The position numbers and the translations under genes are program-made. A stretch of 64,000 bases of DNA, taken from contig JALJEE010002436.1 in assembly GCA_023231475.1 (NCBI GenBank), positions 1-64,000 of the forward strand, read 5' to 3'. The notes beneath the pieces are model-generated. The model was not told the origin of the DNA and made no database searches. It was given only the letters and a program-made list of their open reading frames with translations. Shown here piece after piece: positions 13,981-27,031 of the stretch (positions within the stretch are counted from its first letter, which is position 1; every line of letters begins with the position of its first letter). The stretch is from Seison nebaliae (Eukaryota).

Positions 13981-16900
13981 ATGATGTATTCAATCTATGA
14001 ATGTAATCCATTTAACCGTCGAACCATAAATAATGTAAAACAACGATATTCGAAATATAATTATATTCGATCGACAAACCCGATGGATAATCAGAAATCT
14101 CAACATCTTCATCATCATCATCATTGTCCGTCATATGATGCGAATGATGATAAAGAGAAGATGAAATTACCTATACGAACGAGTAATCAATCTCATAACT
14201 CATTATCATCCTCCTCCACATCATCAAATTATCATTCGAATTCCAGTGGGAAACACTATGAAATAGTTCCCGATAACAAATATTATGCAATGATGAATAA
14301 ACAAAAAATGATTAGTGATGGAGATTACAGTAAAATTAAGTATGAAACGAACTCCTCTCCTAATGAAGTGGAGAAGGCACATCATGAACATGGAACAGTC
14401 GGAAGTAATTTCAATTTTCTAGGGAAATTAGTAAATTGCTCTAACCATCAAAGTGATTATGAGAAATTTTCAAGAAAATCACATTATCTCAATTCGTCTA
14501 TTGGTAGGAATGATGCCACTAAAAATAATGATGCTCATCATTACCAGGAGGGAAAGAAACAACAAATGTTTCCACATCATCCCCCGTCTCATATAAACAA
14601 GAGAAATGAAGAGATAAGAAAGAAAAATTCAAATAAGAGAAATGATTATGAATTAGAGAAATCCATAGAGATGAGAAGGAGTTTCGATGAGAAGAATTCC
14701 TCGAACAATTTTACGAACAATCAACTGAAGAAACGTTCCCGATTAATTGGGAGAGAGAAGAGAATCTCTCCGAACGAATATCTGAAAAGCAGTTTGGCAA
14801 TTGCTCATTCCTCAAACATGTTCTCTGATAAGAGAAAACTGAATAATAACGATCAACGGTTTAGTGACGTTAGTTGCCAGGAAATGGTTGTGACAGATGA
14901 CGATCCCACTCACTTGAACATGACGAATGGGCAATATTTGTATAATGAGAATAATGAGCTGAGAACTGGTAAATATAATCAGATGATGATGATGAAGAAG
15001 AAGAAGAAGAAGAAGAAAAAGAATTTAATGTTATTGGAGGAGAGGAAGAAGATTGGGGAGAATGTCGATGACGATTATGACGAAGAAAGGAGAAAGAAAG
15101 ATTTATCGGTTGAATATAAACAATTGAATTTTCATTCAAACAAAACACTTTCGACCTCATTATATGCATCGTTCATGATGAATGATAAACACCAGCAACC
15201 GATTGATAATATTGAGGAAGAAAAGAGGAAGGAGAATCTCAAATTAACAGAGAAGAATGAAGGCAATTCAAAAGAAATGAAACATTCGAAAATAACCGCA
15301 AATCATTCGAATGAAACTACTTCCCATCATCATAACAGTTACACCGATTTCTCCAAAATGAACGGATCATTCTCTACTCATTCAAATGAACTGTTCATGC
15401 CGACTCACTTAAATAAATCGATAAGTGAGAGAAAATTGAAAGAGAGGCAGAAAGAATCGGTGGCATTTCCATCATACAATCAAACAGGAAAAGAAATCGA
15501 ACAAAATCAATTCCGTCACCATTGTAACAACAAGAGTCATGGTAATGCTAAAAAGTATTTGACTGTGCGACACTCAGCACAAAAGACACAAAACGACTTG
15601 TTGCATTCGATGAAGAAACCGTTGAGCGAATATAACATGATGGAATTGAGGAGGAAGAGAACGCCCATTCGAACACTGATGGGAGCACTAGAAGATGATT
15701 ATCAATTGAATAATACGTCGAATTGTTGGGAGAATGTGAACGATCATAATATGAACTACGAACATATGAACGATATTAATAGCGATGATGATGATGATGA
15801 TGTGTCGAATGAGGAGAATGGATCTATTATTAGATCTAATGGGAAATTGATAAAGAAAGCGAAAAGAAAACCGATTGGAAAAAACAAATTATTTGTATCA
15901 ACATATTATCATAATAATAAGAATGAGAAAACGAATTTGAGCAACAACAGTCAACAGTATATTGATAAGAATAAATTTTCAAATGGGATGTCGAGTGACC
16001 TTACACCTGAAGGCTGTTTCTCTCGACGAACGTCTTTAGCTCAAGAGAACTTTTTGATTGATGATATGCAGCAGAAGAGTAGAAGTAGGAATTGTTCAAT
16101 TGCTTCATTATCATCATTATCGTCCGTTAATACAACTTCATTAAATTCCCCATTTATTCATCCCAAGTCAGATGAATCTCACAACAACATCGAACCGATA
16201 ATTGTTCGAAAGAATTTCGACGAGAATCATCCCACTAATTTCAAATGTCAACAACAAATTAATCGATTTTATTGTCCTCCCGCCCACCATCCATCCAATC
16301 CTCCATATCTCCAATATTCCGATCAATCATTCAACAACGACAATAAATATCAATTGTTCGTTAATGATGTTAAGGAGCAATCGTTGAAGATGAGTGATTC
16401 ATATAAATTCAATCATTCATCTCACACAACTCAATTGCCTCAAGCCCAAAATATTTCGTCGTGTTATGAGAAGAAGATGAAGAAGAAGAAGAAGAAGAAT
16501 CCATCGGCATTGAAACAGAAACATTGTAACGATTCAATGAAGAATTCAACAACGAAAGATCAAGAACAAAATGATCAATGGGATCAATATCCGAACGATT
16601 ATCAATTAATTCGTAATAAGAAAAAGGAGAAGTTGAAGGAAAAAACTCAAAATAAAAACTATCAAAATTTGTATAACACTCAATCGATTAAAATGGATCA
16701 TGAAAATATCGATCATAAAGAAACAATTCCTCCGAAAATGAAGAAAGAAAATAATTTGACGGAGAATAAAAAGAAGATTCATAATTTCTTTAATCGAATA
16801 TATTCACATGTTCCTCAACGACCATCCAGATATGGTCGTTCCACATCTAGAAATCATTCGCTCGTTTCCATCAAGAGCATTCTCTACAGGAAAAACAAAT

Positions 16901-18927
16901 CGCGAGATACTATGAATGTTCAGTCGATGACAGATCAGATGAATGAGAATGAACCACTTGGAAGTAAAAGTTCCACTCAAGTCTTCAATTCTATCACCAC
17001 CACCACAACCACAACCTCCACCACCTCTTCATCATCATCGAAAGATTCAGGTTTTGGGAATTTGAACGAAGGAATTTCCAATCCGAACAAATTGACGAAA
17101 TTGTCTCGAAATCGAAAACTAAATCAATATAATAATCCGCCACGATTCATTTCATGTTATAAACGTTATTCTTCCAATAAACAATCGGAGAAGAAATCGG
17201 ATCAAGAACGAATTTATGATGAAGCTTATGCGTATGATTTATCATCACCAAAAACTAATCATCACAATCATTACGCACCACCTCGTCAAGAACGATCCAT
17301 TAAGGAAATTCCATCAACGATGGACGAAATTAATGAGGAGAATCCATCTCACAATACCAAACCGATTTATACGTCATTCAATCAACTTTATGATAATATT
17401 TTTTTCAAAATTGCAAAACTCGCCTCACAATCACCTAGAGGCAATCTAACAAAAGATAAGTCGATGAATTGTCTTCTACATAACAAGTTCAAAAAGAAGT
17501 TGTCAAATCGAGAGAAGAATTCTCGTTATTCATATCATGAAGAATCGGCAACAAAAACCGATTTGAAAATGAAACCGGCGCAATCATTCGAAATTAATTC
17601 GAGAGAAGGACAAGACAATTGTTCAATGAAATTCTACTCGACACAATTATCTACAGTTCCCTTAAGAGATGGTAAGGATTATATAAAAAATAATAATTCG
17701 TCAAAAGACAATTGTCATTTTATACAAACGAATATTAATAAAATGAACGACACTTATATCAATCGGAAGAAAAAGATTTGTCAACAACCATCAGCCGATG
17801 TTGACGAACCATTCACTTCTCACCGTTCGTCGTCGAGTACTGATTCTGGGAAATTTAGTTTAGCTCAATTGGATTCATCTCTCACAATGTCGTCTTCGTT
17901 AGAATTATCATCAAATCCAACCTCTCCACAAAAGAAAGAAATTGCAATTTTGAATAATGACGTACAATATTTGGGCGGTGATGAAATGTCGAACAGTTTC
18001 CAATATATTCCCGCACTCTATTACAGACAGAATGAGAAGAAGATTTCAAATGATTTAAATTCGAAAAAAATTTCAGAAAAAAAACGGGGAAATTATAAAA
18101 TTCCATCGAATTACTTCCAAGCTGCCAGAACATCATCCACTCTCTCTTCAACATATTCTCAACATTCAAACGAATTTCAACAAAATGACGGAAATAATAT
18201 CATAAAATCGTCAGAATCTTTCCTCAATTCCGTCACATCGTCATCATCATTATCATCGCAATTATCGATTGCATCGAGTGAGGAATGTTGTGCGTCAGAT
18301 TCGAGTGAAATGAAAGATGAGAATCAACAACAATTCTTCGAGGAATATCTCGATAATCTTTATGCGTCTTCCGTTGTATTGAAATCGAACGAGAATAAGA
18401 ACAAAAAGACATTTCTTAATAATACACCGAGAATTGGAGAGAATGACAATAATAAATTTTGTTCAGTTTCTTCATTCAACAAATGTGAACAAAAAAATAA
18501 ATTCTTAACAAACCGTTATAATATTCATCCGTCTCCCATTGCACTTTATAAGAATAAGAAAGAGATTGACAATAAGACAACGAAAAAGAATTGTCAACAA
18601 TTATCGGGTGATCTGGTGGAATATGAAGCGATCATTCGAGAAATTCCCAAAATCAAAAATAAATCCTTATCCAGTTCCGTATATGCACAATATGATGGAT
18701 TGAATTCAGTTTCAAAGCCAAATTTCGAGTGCAACAAAAAAGACACTCCATTGAACAATCGGAAAAAGACGAAAGCAAATTCGTCACATATGTTCGATGA
18801 TACGTCTAATTTGTCTAATAGAAAGAATCGACAGAAAATTCGATCATTGTCAACAAATTTAGTTGTTGAGAAAAACCATTCGAGTATTCATCCAACTATT
18901 CTCACCTATTTTCAACCGGTGATTTAA
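13981..18927 (+). CDS. Large intronless low-complexity (N/K/S/H-rich) protein of unknown function, 1648 aa
   Basis: A 4.9-kb stop-free ORF in roughly 70% AT DNA is very unlikely by chance; poly-K, poly-H, poly-D and poly-T/S tracts; no domain recognised. Confidence 0.75.
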   Translation: MMYSIYECNPFNRRTINNVKQRYSKYNYIRSTNPMDNQKSQHLHHHHHCPSYDANDDKEKMKLPIRTSNQSHNSLSSSSTSSNYHSNSSGKHYEIVPDNKYYAMMNKQKMISDGDYSKIKYETNSSPNEVEKAHHEHGTVGSNFNFLGKLVNCSNHQSDYEKFSRKSHYLNSSIGRNDATKNNDAHHYQEGKKQQMFPHHPPSHINKRNEEIRKKNSNKRNDYELEKSIEMRRSFDEKNSSNNFTNNQLKKRSRLIGREKRISPNEYLKSSLAIAHSSNMFSDKRKLNNNDQRFSDVSCQEMVVTDDDPTHLNMTNGQYLYNENNELRTGKYNQMMMMKKKKKKKKKNLMLLEERKKIGENVDDDYDEERRKKDLSVEYKQLNFHSNKTLSTSLYASFMMNDKHQQPIDNIEEEKRKENLKLTEKNEGNSKEMKHSKITANHSNETTSHHHNSYTDFSKMNGSFSTHSNELFMPTHLNKSISERKLKERQKESVAFPSYNQTGKEIEQNQFRHHCNNKSHGNAKKYLTVRHSAQKTQNDLLHSMKKPLSEYNMMELRRKRTPIRTLMGALEDDYQLNNTSNCWENVNDHNMNYEHMNDINSDDDDDDVSNEENGSIIRSNGKLIKKAKRKPIGKNKLFVSTYYHNNKNEKTNLSNNSQQYIDKNKFSNGMSSDLTPEGCFSRRTSLAQENFLIDDMQQKSRSRNCSIASLSSLSSVNTTSLNSPFIHPKSDESHNNIEPIIVRKNFDENHPTNFKCQQQINRFYCPPAHHPSNPPYLQYSDQSFNNDNKYQLFVNDVKEQSLKMSDSYKFNHSSHTTQLPQAQNISSCYEKKMKKKKKKNPSALKQKHCNDSMKNSTTKDQEQNDQWDQYPNDYQLIRNKKKEKLKEKTQNKNYQNLYNTQSIKMDHENIDHKETIPPKMKKENNLTENKKKIHNFFNRIYSHVPQRPSRYGRSTSRNHSLVSIKSILYRKNKSRDTMNVQSMTDQMNENEPLGSKSSTQVFNSITTTTTTTSTTSSSSSKDSGFGNLNEGISNPNKLTKLSRNRKLNQYNNPPRFISCYKRYSSNKQSEKKSDQERIYDEAYAYDLSSPKTNHHNHYAPPRQERSIKEIPSTMDEINEENPSHNTKPIYTSFNQLYDNIFFKIAKLASQSPRGNLTKDKSMNCLLHNKFKKKLSNREKNSRYSYHEESATKTDLKMKPAQSFEINSREGQDNCSMKFYSTQLSTVPLRDGKDYIKNNNSSKDNCHFIQTNINKMNDTYINRKKKICQQPSADVDEPFTSHRSSSSTDSGKFSLAQLDSSLTMSSSLELSSNPTSPQKKEIAILNNDVQYLGGDEMSNSFQYIPALYYRQNEKKISNDLNSKKISEKKRGNYKIPSNYFQAARTSSTLSSTYSQHSNEFQQNDGNNIIKSSESFLNSVTSSSSLSSQLSIASSEECCASDSSEMKDENQQQFFEEYLDNLYASSVVLKSNENKNKKTFLNNTPRIGENDNNKFCSVSSFNKCEQKNKFLTNRYNIHPSPIALYKNKKEIDNKTTKKNCQQLSGDLVEYEAIIREIPKIKNKSLSSSVYAQYDGLNSVSKPNFECNKKDTPLNNRKKTKANSSHMFDDTSNLSNRKNRQKIRSLSTNLVVEKNHSSIHPTILTYFQPVI

Positions 18928-19204
18928 ACAAATCACTCTCTATTCCATCTTCACCCATATTTTTCATAATCTCATTTTGTAATTTATTCAGTTTAATAAA
19001 CACACATCCTCCACAACTTTAAACAGATCATCTTCACCTTTTTTTTTAAATTTTATCTTAGCCTCATATCTTAATCTACAAATATTTATCGTTTTTTTCT
19101 TTTCAATTAAAGAACTATCATCAATTCATTATTTCTTTTCTAAAATCAATTTTAGAAATTTTATTTTTAAACTAAAATTTTTTACATTTCTCAACTTTCC
19201 AATG

Positions 19205-21946
19205 TCAAATAAGAGATTTACGGAATTTCGGATCATTACAAATGAGAATGACAACTAGAACAATTCCTAAATTGAAGACGAACCAAATCGACATCAACTT
19301 ATCAGTATTGATGACATATTTTCTCGATTGACTGATCATAACCGACGAATGTTTATCAATCATTTCTTCTGATTAATGAGAAAGAAAAAAATTAAAAGAA
19401 TATTTAAAAAATTATAAGAATACTTAAAAAATTTAACTTGGAGCATTGTAATGTCGAGCGGTGATAGATTCGAACGATTTGTAATGTTGTTCATTGTCCA
19501 ATTGACGGAACATGGAATTAAAACGGTTACTATTCTCACGAAAATAATCACTGAGTAGATCGTTATTCCCAAACGCTTCTTTCGCCTGTTGATAACTGAG
19601 AATGTAAATTTTAAATGACGACATCAAATGTTCACAATTATCATACTCGCATTTCCTGTAACATTTATACGAACCGCTATGATAAGAGAGAACGGATTTT
19701 ATGTAGAGAAATTCTCCGTTCAATTTCTTTATCCGATTCTTCATTCGTCGTTTAATATGACCCGTCTCATCAGCATTCCATAAATAGATGGGATGATTTG
19801 GTAAAGTATTTTTCACACCATTCGATGTGATGATGAAATCAGATTTCATATAATGAATATTTGAATTATTTGCTATTTGCCAAATGCCGATCGATTGAGC
19901 CGAAGTTCGACTACTCCTACAAGGCAAGAGAATACTATCACCAACCATATAATAATAACTATCACCATCAATCTTTCCTTTCACTTTATGCGTATTGATT
20001 CGAGTGGACAGATCGTGAATTCGAGAGACGTTCGTAAATAATTCTTTCCTTTCACGATCACTACAACAATAAAAATTCGTGTATTCGATACGATCACTCA
20101 CTGCACGAATAGCTGCATATAATACACTTTTCAATCGTTGACTATAATGTGTAAATGGATATTGAGTTTTTAATCGATGAGTATATTCCTTCTTAGCCAT
20201 CAATGATGTCAGAACACTACATGGTACTCCATATAATGAATAAGCGTTAAATAAAACGGAATCATATTGGAAATTTTTCGTTCGATAATTATCACTTGAT
20301 TGAAGGAATTTATTGAGAACTAATGACGATTGAGTCAAATCACGATGTGTTACCGGGAAAACGTAACGCAAATAACAATCACCAAAACGATAGGCACTTA
20401 TTTTATAACAGAGACGAGTGTCACTAGCATGTTCGGAACAATTGTAAGTTGGATCGATATAATTAATTTTCGTCCAATTCGTCCATCGTAAATAAGTATA
20501 AATATGATTCTGTCGATCATAAAACGATTGCCATGCTGAATATGTTGATGCGAGTCGATGCATATTCTCTCGTCTCTTATCTCCGTTATTGTCATTCTTT
20601 TTATTATCGCCACTTTTCAAATAATGTCGCTCAGCTAAATATAAATCATGGGCAGATAACAATCCTTTCGATTGTTGATATTGTAATGACTTACGAGTGA
20701 AAGACGACGATAAACTCGACCACAAATTACTTAGCGTGACTAAATATTTACCATGTTTCTTCTGATGTCTCACCATCGACACATCATTCAATAATTTTGT
20801 TACATTCTCCTCAGGTCCTGCACCATCAACAAACACTTTCGTTCTACCACGACGAGTCTTCCTCACTAGAACTTCATATTTGAATGAAACCATCAACGAA
20901 CTTATTAATTCGATTAACGCCGTTCGATATTGAGGAGAATCGACCTGTGACGGAAATTGACTTCTAACCGTTTCACGACTATGCTCCTGATTCAAGTGTT
21001 GGAAAAATAATTGAAAAAAACTACTTTTATATAATTCTGATTCGACCATATCGTCGACTAATAATCGAGGTAGATCGGTAATTTTCAATCCTTTCAAAAC
21101 CGGTTTTAATGTTCCATTTTTTTGTTTAATTTCATCTTTCGTTACATAACATTTCTGCTGTTTAGCATCTTTAATGAAAGAAGACAATTGGGACATACAA
21201 CTGAAAGTACGCGATTGACCAGTGATAGCGATGGATTGGAGTGTTTCTTTCGACATCCACAATACTCGATGTCTCTGACTATCGAACGGAAGTGAAGTGG
21301 TTCGTCTTCGACGAGCAAATATTCTTTGTTCGTTTGCACATAATTTTTCGAATTGTGGAAAAACTTTTCGTTCAGACACTCGTTTAATATGTAAAGTTCT
21401 TCTCGTTCTCGTATGATAATTATTTTTCGATTTTTTCGGTTCAAATTCTCCATAGGACATTTGTCGATGAAGTTTATCTAATAAAAAATTTGAATATTTC
21501 ATAATTTCCCTATCGAAATTCTCCGTTTCTGTCCAAACATAACTCCCAATTTGATCGGCTGCCCAAGGACAAATTAATCCAACTCGATCATTCTCGTTAA
21601 CAACGATTGGTAGACGGATTTCGATTAATGGTAAATCAGTAGAATATTCATATAATTTCTATTTAAAATATAAATATATAAATATAAATAAATCGTCGAA
21701 AGATTTAACTTTAAGTTCGTACGGTTTTAATGCGAAAATATATTGGAGAATATAATGATGACAAGAAATGGTATCGATACAAACGTTGAAAATTTTATAT
21801 TGTAAATTCAAATAATCTTGAACTTCAGATTTCCTCAAATTCTTCAAATGCTCATTACAAAAATGATCGATATCCGAATCATTATGACATGATGAGAAGA
21901 AGAAATTATTCATAAAAACTGAAATTAATAATAAAGATTTATCCAT
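19205..21946 (-). CDS. Putative type I membrane protein with immunoglobulin-like domain(s), 3 exons
   Basis: N-terminal hydrophobic leader; Ig-like pattern GDSILLPC...GIWQ...LYIKSVLSYHSGSYKC; last exon encodes TM segment LMSIWFVFNLGIVLVVILIC followed by basic residues; two GTTAAA...AG introns preserve frame. Confidence 0.7.
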
Positions 21947-22140
21947 TTTATTTTAAACGATTCGTAAAATAGAATCTGTTGAACTACTCGTCGTAACGGA
22001 AGAGAATAAACGTATGATGAGAATAAACCGTTATTAGTCAAGTGATGAAACTGATACGTTTTTGAATTTTTATTTAAATTTAAATATAATAAAATATTAA
22101 TGAAATTCTTGCAAAGATGTTTTTTTTTGAGTGATACATA

Positions 22141-22983
22141 TTAAAGGTGAACATCCATAAAATGACATTTGGTATTCTGTAAATTTTTACAATGCATCTC
22201 AATTCCATTGGGGGGAGACTGATGGAATTATCAAATCGTTGTAATTAGTCGAGGAATGCAACGGAAACTGAGAATTGTTCCATATTGTTATTTTTCGATG
22301 TGTTGAATGTTGAAGGAGACAAAGAAGAATAATCGACCGGTTCCGAAATTTGAGACAAACAAGGCGAGATCGGTCTCAATGGAATCGAAACATTTCCCAC
22401 GTCAAAATCTAGATTAGTTTCTTGTGTATCAGTCACCGTCGTAATTTTTTGTGAGATGGTTTCGTTGTCTTCCACTCGTTCGTTGCAGGCGGACGATATG
22501 CCCATCTGATAAATATTTAAAAGTTTTTCTATTTGAGGATTAATTTTGGTATTGAGAGAATTCATTTCTGTATATTCATCGGTCTATTAATTAATGAAAT
22601 AAAATAAAATAATTAAAATAATAAAATTTTAAAAATGGAACTTCAGTATGATGTTTATTATCGGTTGGATTTGTGGTTTTCGGGTCGATTGGTTCGTCTT
22701 CATTTGAACATAACGTTTCTAATGGTCTTCTGAGGAGGAGAGCGATCAAATTATAAAGATTCTCATTTCGATTTCGATTTTCATCATTTTCTGATGATTC
22801 TTCCATATGAATATGATTTCCCGTTGGAAGTTGATGAACTTCTTCTGAATATTTCCTTTTTTTCGTTTTGAGATCTGATGGATCGGCCAGGGAGGAAGAT
22901 AATTGTAATTGTACATTGAATTTATGATAACAATTTGGGCAATTGATATTCATCGAGTTCTCCTCACTAAATCGGTTGGACAT
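22141..22983 (-). CDS. Orphan protein, 3 coding exons (N-terminal CPNC, basic KTKKRKY segment)
   Basis: ORFs 22591-23007 and 22245-22565 join via GTTCCA...TAG; a GTT...CAG intron leads to last exon SPPNGIEMHCKNLQNTKCHFMDVHL*. Start uncertain. Confidence 0.55.
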
Positions 22984-24309
22984 TGTGAATTGGTTAATAA
23001 ATGACACGAATCGATACGTATCTGAAACGACGTTATTCTTTGACGAAAAAAAAAACGTATGAGAGTTGTTGAATGAGAGGAACGGATAAAAAGCGCAAAT
23101 TTATTTATAGTACAAAATATGGAGCTCGAGTTGTTGTTGGGAGGAGAATGATCAAATTACATTTTCATTCTCAGAATAAAAGATGAAGAAGAAGAAAAGA
23201 AGAAGAAGGAAAGAATTGTCGTCATAATATTCTGAGAGAATTGAGAAGGTATAGATTTCTTTCTTTTCTTTTAAATCGAACTAAAAAAAATTAGACTATT
23301 AATAAAGTTCTTAACAACATGTCGATGAAGAAGAGAGTGTAACTATGATGTTGTCTTTCCCTTGACTACCATTCAAACGTGAAGGAGATGATTATGTTAG
23401 ATAAGAAGATATTGAAATTCTTTTCAAAAATTTTATTCCATCGAAAAAATGAAAAGGAAATATTCGTTAAAACAACAGTGGACGATTCATTTATCTGATG
23501 ACACGTTCTGAGAAAGAAATCGTCAAGTTCATGGAATGAAAGAAGAAAGGACGAAACAATTTTGGGAGAAGAGAAGTTTCGAGAGATTTGTTAATGGTAT
23601 TGGAAGAACTTCATCTATCTTCTCCCATGTTTTACATATCGAATATGTCGCTATCAATTCTAACTTTTTTTTATGTCACACATAAAATATTCGTCTGTTC
23701 AATTTGAAATCATAAGAATTCTTTTCCTTCCAGTTACCATGACGTCTTCTAATGACATCGATGATGACTAATGTAATACTGTGAATGATCTGCTGACAAT
23801 TGAGGTATGAAATACATATCTTCTCCATTATACCGTTGCTGGCAACAACGTTGAATGATGACATTGCTCCCTGAATAACATCATTGTCTGTGGAATATAT
23901 TTGTGATGACTTAGGACAGATATAGAACAAGAAGAAAACTCAACAATCGTTGACAGATCTCGAATGAGGAATGATGAGTGATGATTAAGGGGAAACATGA
24001 ATAAACAACAATTAGAGGACGTCTACAACTTTGGGAGGAATGAGATGTTTATCTTAAAGAAATAAATGCATGAATTAAAGTCGGTTGTTGGCAACATGAA
24101 ATTATAAAGTTTGAATTCTAAAATATTATTTTAGTTAACTATTGTGCAATTGGGGACGAGAATATTCGTTCTAATACAATCATTTTGCAGTTTGGTGATA
24201 AACAGTTGCTAATGACAATCTGTTAGTAGTTTTCCTCAACAATTCCTTTCGTATTGTGTCTTCATAAAAAATAAGAAGTCAAATGACAATGAAGATACAC
24301 TTAACAACC

Positions 24310-24323
24310 GTCGTCATGGCAAC
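24310..24323. promoter_or_regulatory. RFX X-box-like element (best of a cluster at 23835-24384)
   Basis: GTCGTCATGGCAAC fits the 14-bp X-box pattern GTNRCC-AT-RGYAAC with one deviation. Confidence 0.45.
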
Positions 24324-26325
24324 AGTAGTGAAACGGTTGAATATCAAAGTAAACATAAACCTATCTGCCGGTTACCATAAGCACATATACCCATTACATA
24401 AAGCACTTCAATATTTGCATCTCAATTCCTTTAATTCATCCAGACCGATCAATGAATTAGAAACATGTGAAAAGAAGACAATCCATAATTAGTAACTGTA
24501 GGGAACAATCCAAATTTGAATGTTCTTGCTCATGTTTTTTGAGTGAAGTTTATAAGGAATAAACTCACAACGAAAAACAATCAATTGACTCCCCCTTATT
24601 ACTGTAAGTCTTGTTGTCATCGTTTCAATTTCAGTTGGAGATACTGGGAAAAAGAAATTGTTTATTCATTTAAACATCATACTACTTACACATGTTACTG
24701 TCCATCGCCAGAGTAACAACAATAATATGTAGGGGAGATTGACTCCCAATGGAAGATGAAACATAATTTTCCGATATCTTTTAATTTATTTTCACCTCTT
24801 TTAAGAATGCATTCAATTTCATCTTTCTTAATTATTTTCTCTTGTCACTGTCATGTTTTGTAAGGGTATCCGGTAAAAAAAGTAGATCAACTATTGAATA
24901 TGATAGTAAGGAATTGTTTACTCGTCATTATTCTTTTAAATGATGTTGGAGCATTCTATCAATTTATCTATTTTGTCGTCGATGAATTCTCTATTTTCCT
25001 TCTCATGTCTAATCTCCATCATTGCCTCTAAAGATCCTCTTGCTTTCATCTTATTTGTCATTAGAGGAAATTCATTTGTCTAATCTATTCGAGAATAATC
25101 TAATAAGATCGAGAAAATTTCATTATAAAATTTTCATTTCCGTCCGAAGGAAAAGTGAAGATGTTACTTCATATTAAATTTTTTCATTGTCAATCAAAAC
25201 AGTAATTATACCTTCCCAAATCCTTCATAAATGATCGTTATCGAATTTAGTTGTACTAGCACAAACTACTACCTGATAGTTCGCATTACATGTTTAGTAA
25301 TATTCGACAATTCGACGAAATTGGATGAAGAAGAGTTTCTCGGTTTAGCGCGGATATTATTGGAAACCTCAGCACTAATGCTAAATGAGTCGATCTTATT
25401 ATTTCGGTAGCTGGTAAAGTCAAGATATTCCGCAATCTATTTTCCTTATGAGGAAATCATTCCACAGAAACACTGTGTTACAAAATCCACTGCTCGAATA
25501 AACTATGCAGAAACGATAAAGAGAAACCGTAAGGAGTTAATTAATTGCCGATATTTTATAATAAATAAACATAATAAACTGTTATAAATCGAGAATTGAC
25601 AATTGATTAATAACAGACTTTCTAATAATTGTCTGATAATGTTTAATTCTAAAAATTTCAGGAAAGAATGTCACAAAGTGTTTGACTTTTAATTTCTTCT
25701 AGAACTTATATCTTTAATTTTTTAGAGCTAAATTGTGTTTACTCAAATCATGGACATATTGCTTAATTTGCATATTTTAAATGCTTAATTTGAATGACTG
25801 ATACACTTGTGAGTCAAACTTATAAACTGGTGATGTTTTCAACAATGTAAGTTTAAAATGAGTTTGCTAAAGACTAATAGAATTATAATTTCATTTATTC
25901 AGTTTAACATCAGATGTTACATCTGTTGTTATATTAACTCACATATAGTTATTCATATATAGTTCTCTACTGATGAATTACAATTATTTTAAGATAAAAA
26001 TTATAAGATTTATAAAAATTAATTGTTAGTTTCATAAGAACATTAATATAATATAATGTTGTCAATAATCAATGAAAATTTAGTGATTAAAAATTTTAAC
26101 TGTTCTAACTTAAAATAAATATAAACATAAATTGGAATAAGGATTAGACTATATTAATCGAACAAAACCGTTCTTTGAAGGTATCTTAAGTTCAGATAAG
26201 GGGTGATAAAAATTTATTTTAATTTTATATTTATATTTTAAATATACCAATTTTCCAAATTCTAAGCTCATTAATTATTACTCATTTATAATAGTTGTTC
26301 TAATTAACAAAAGAGCAATTCCTCC

Positions 26326-26984
26326 ATGTTGTCGAATGGACTAAATTTCGTGAGAAATTCTTATAAGATTCTTTCTCCTACTTCTCTCTCGTTGAATTTG
26401 ATTCGAGGAAAGAAGAAGAAAGCTGGTGGATCGACGAGGAATCAGAACACGAACAAAACAAGAGGAAAAAATCGAAGACTTTACGTAGAAGACGGAGAAT
26501 GGGTAGAACGAGATTATATGTTGGTGAAACAACTCGGTCTCAATTATTATCCAGGAGAGAATGTTAATTTGAAAGTCATTGCAAGTTCCCAACTCTCTCA
26601 TTTCTCCTTTAGGTGATATATAATCGATGGACACATTCAATTTATGCAGCCATTCCTGGTCATGTTATTATTAGTACGGAAACGTTAGATCCCAATTCCA
26701 CATCACCGGTACGGAATTATGTGGATAATATGAATCGATTATTAAACGAACAGAAAGAAATGGAACGATCGTTAATGTCTGATTTAAATGAAGAAGAAAT
26801 GACAGATAAGAACGAAATGGAAGAAAAGAAAATTAAGAGAAATTTTATCCACGTAATTCCTCCCTCCATCACCACACAACAATTGATTGCGTGGAAGAAT
26901 AGTGAACGTTGTCATGGAGAGAAATTAAAAATTGAATCAGTCAATTCGGATGATCGAAGAACATTCTTTACTTTAATAAATTGA
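26326..26984 (+). CDS. MRPL27: Mitochondrial ribosomal protein bL27m, 2 exons
   Basis: Mitochondrial-presequence-like N-terminus then KKKAGGSTRN, LVKQLGLNYYPGEN|VIYNRWTHSIYAAIPGHV, typical of bL27. Confidence 0.88.
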
Positions 26985-27031
26985 AAATTGATATTTTCAT
27001 AAATTATTTTTTTATCAGATTTCCTTTCGTT

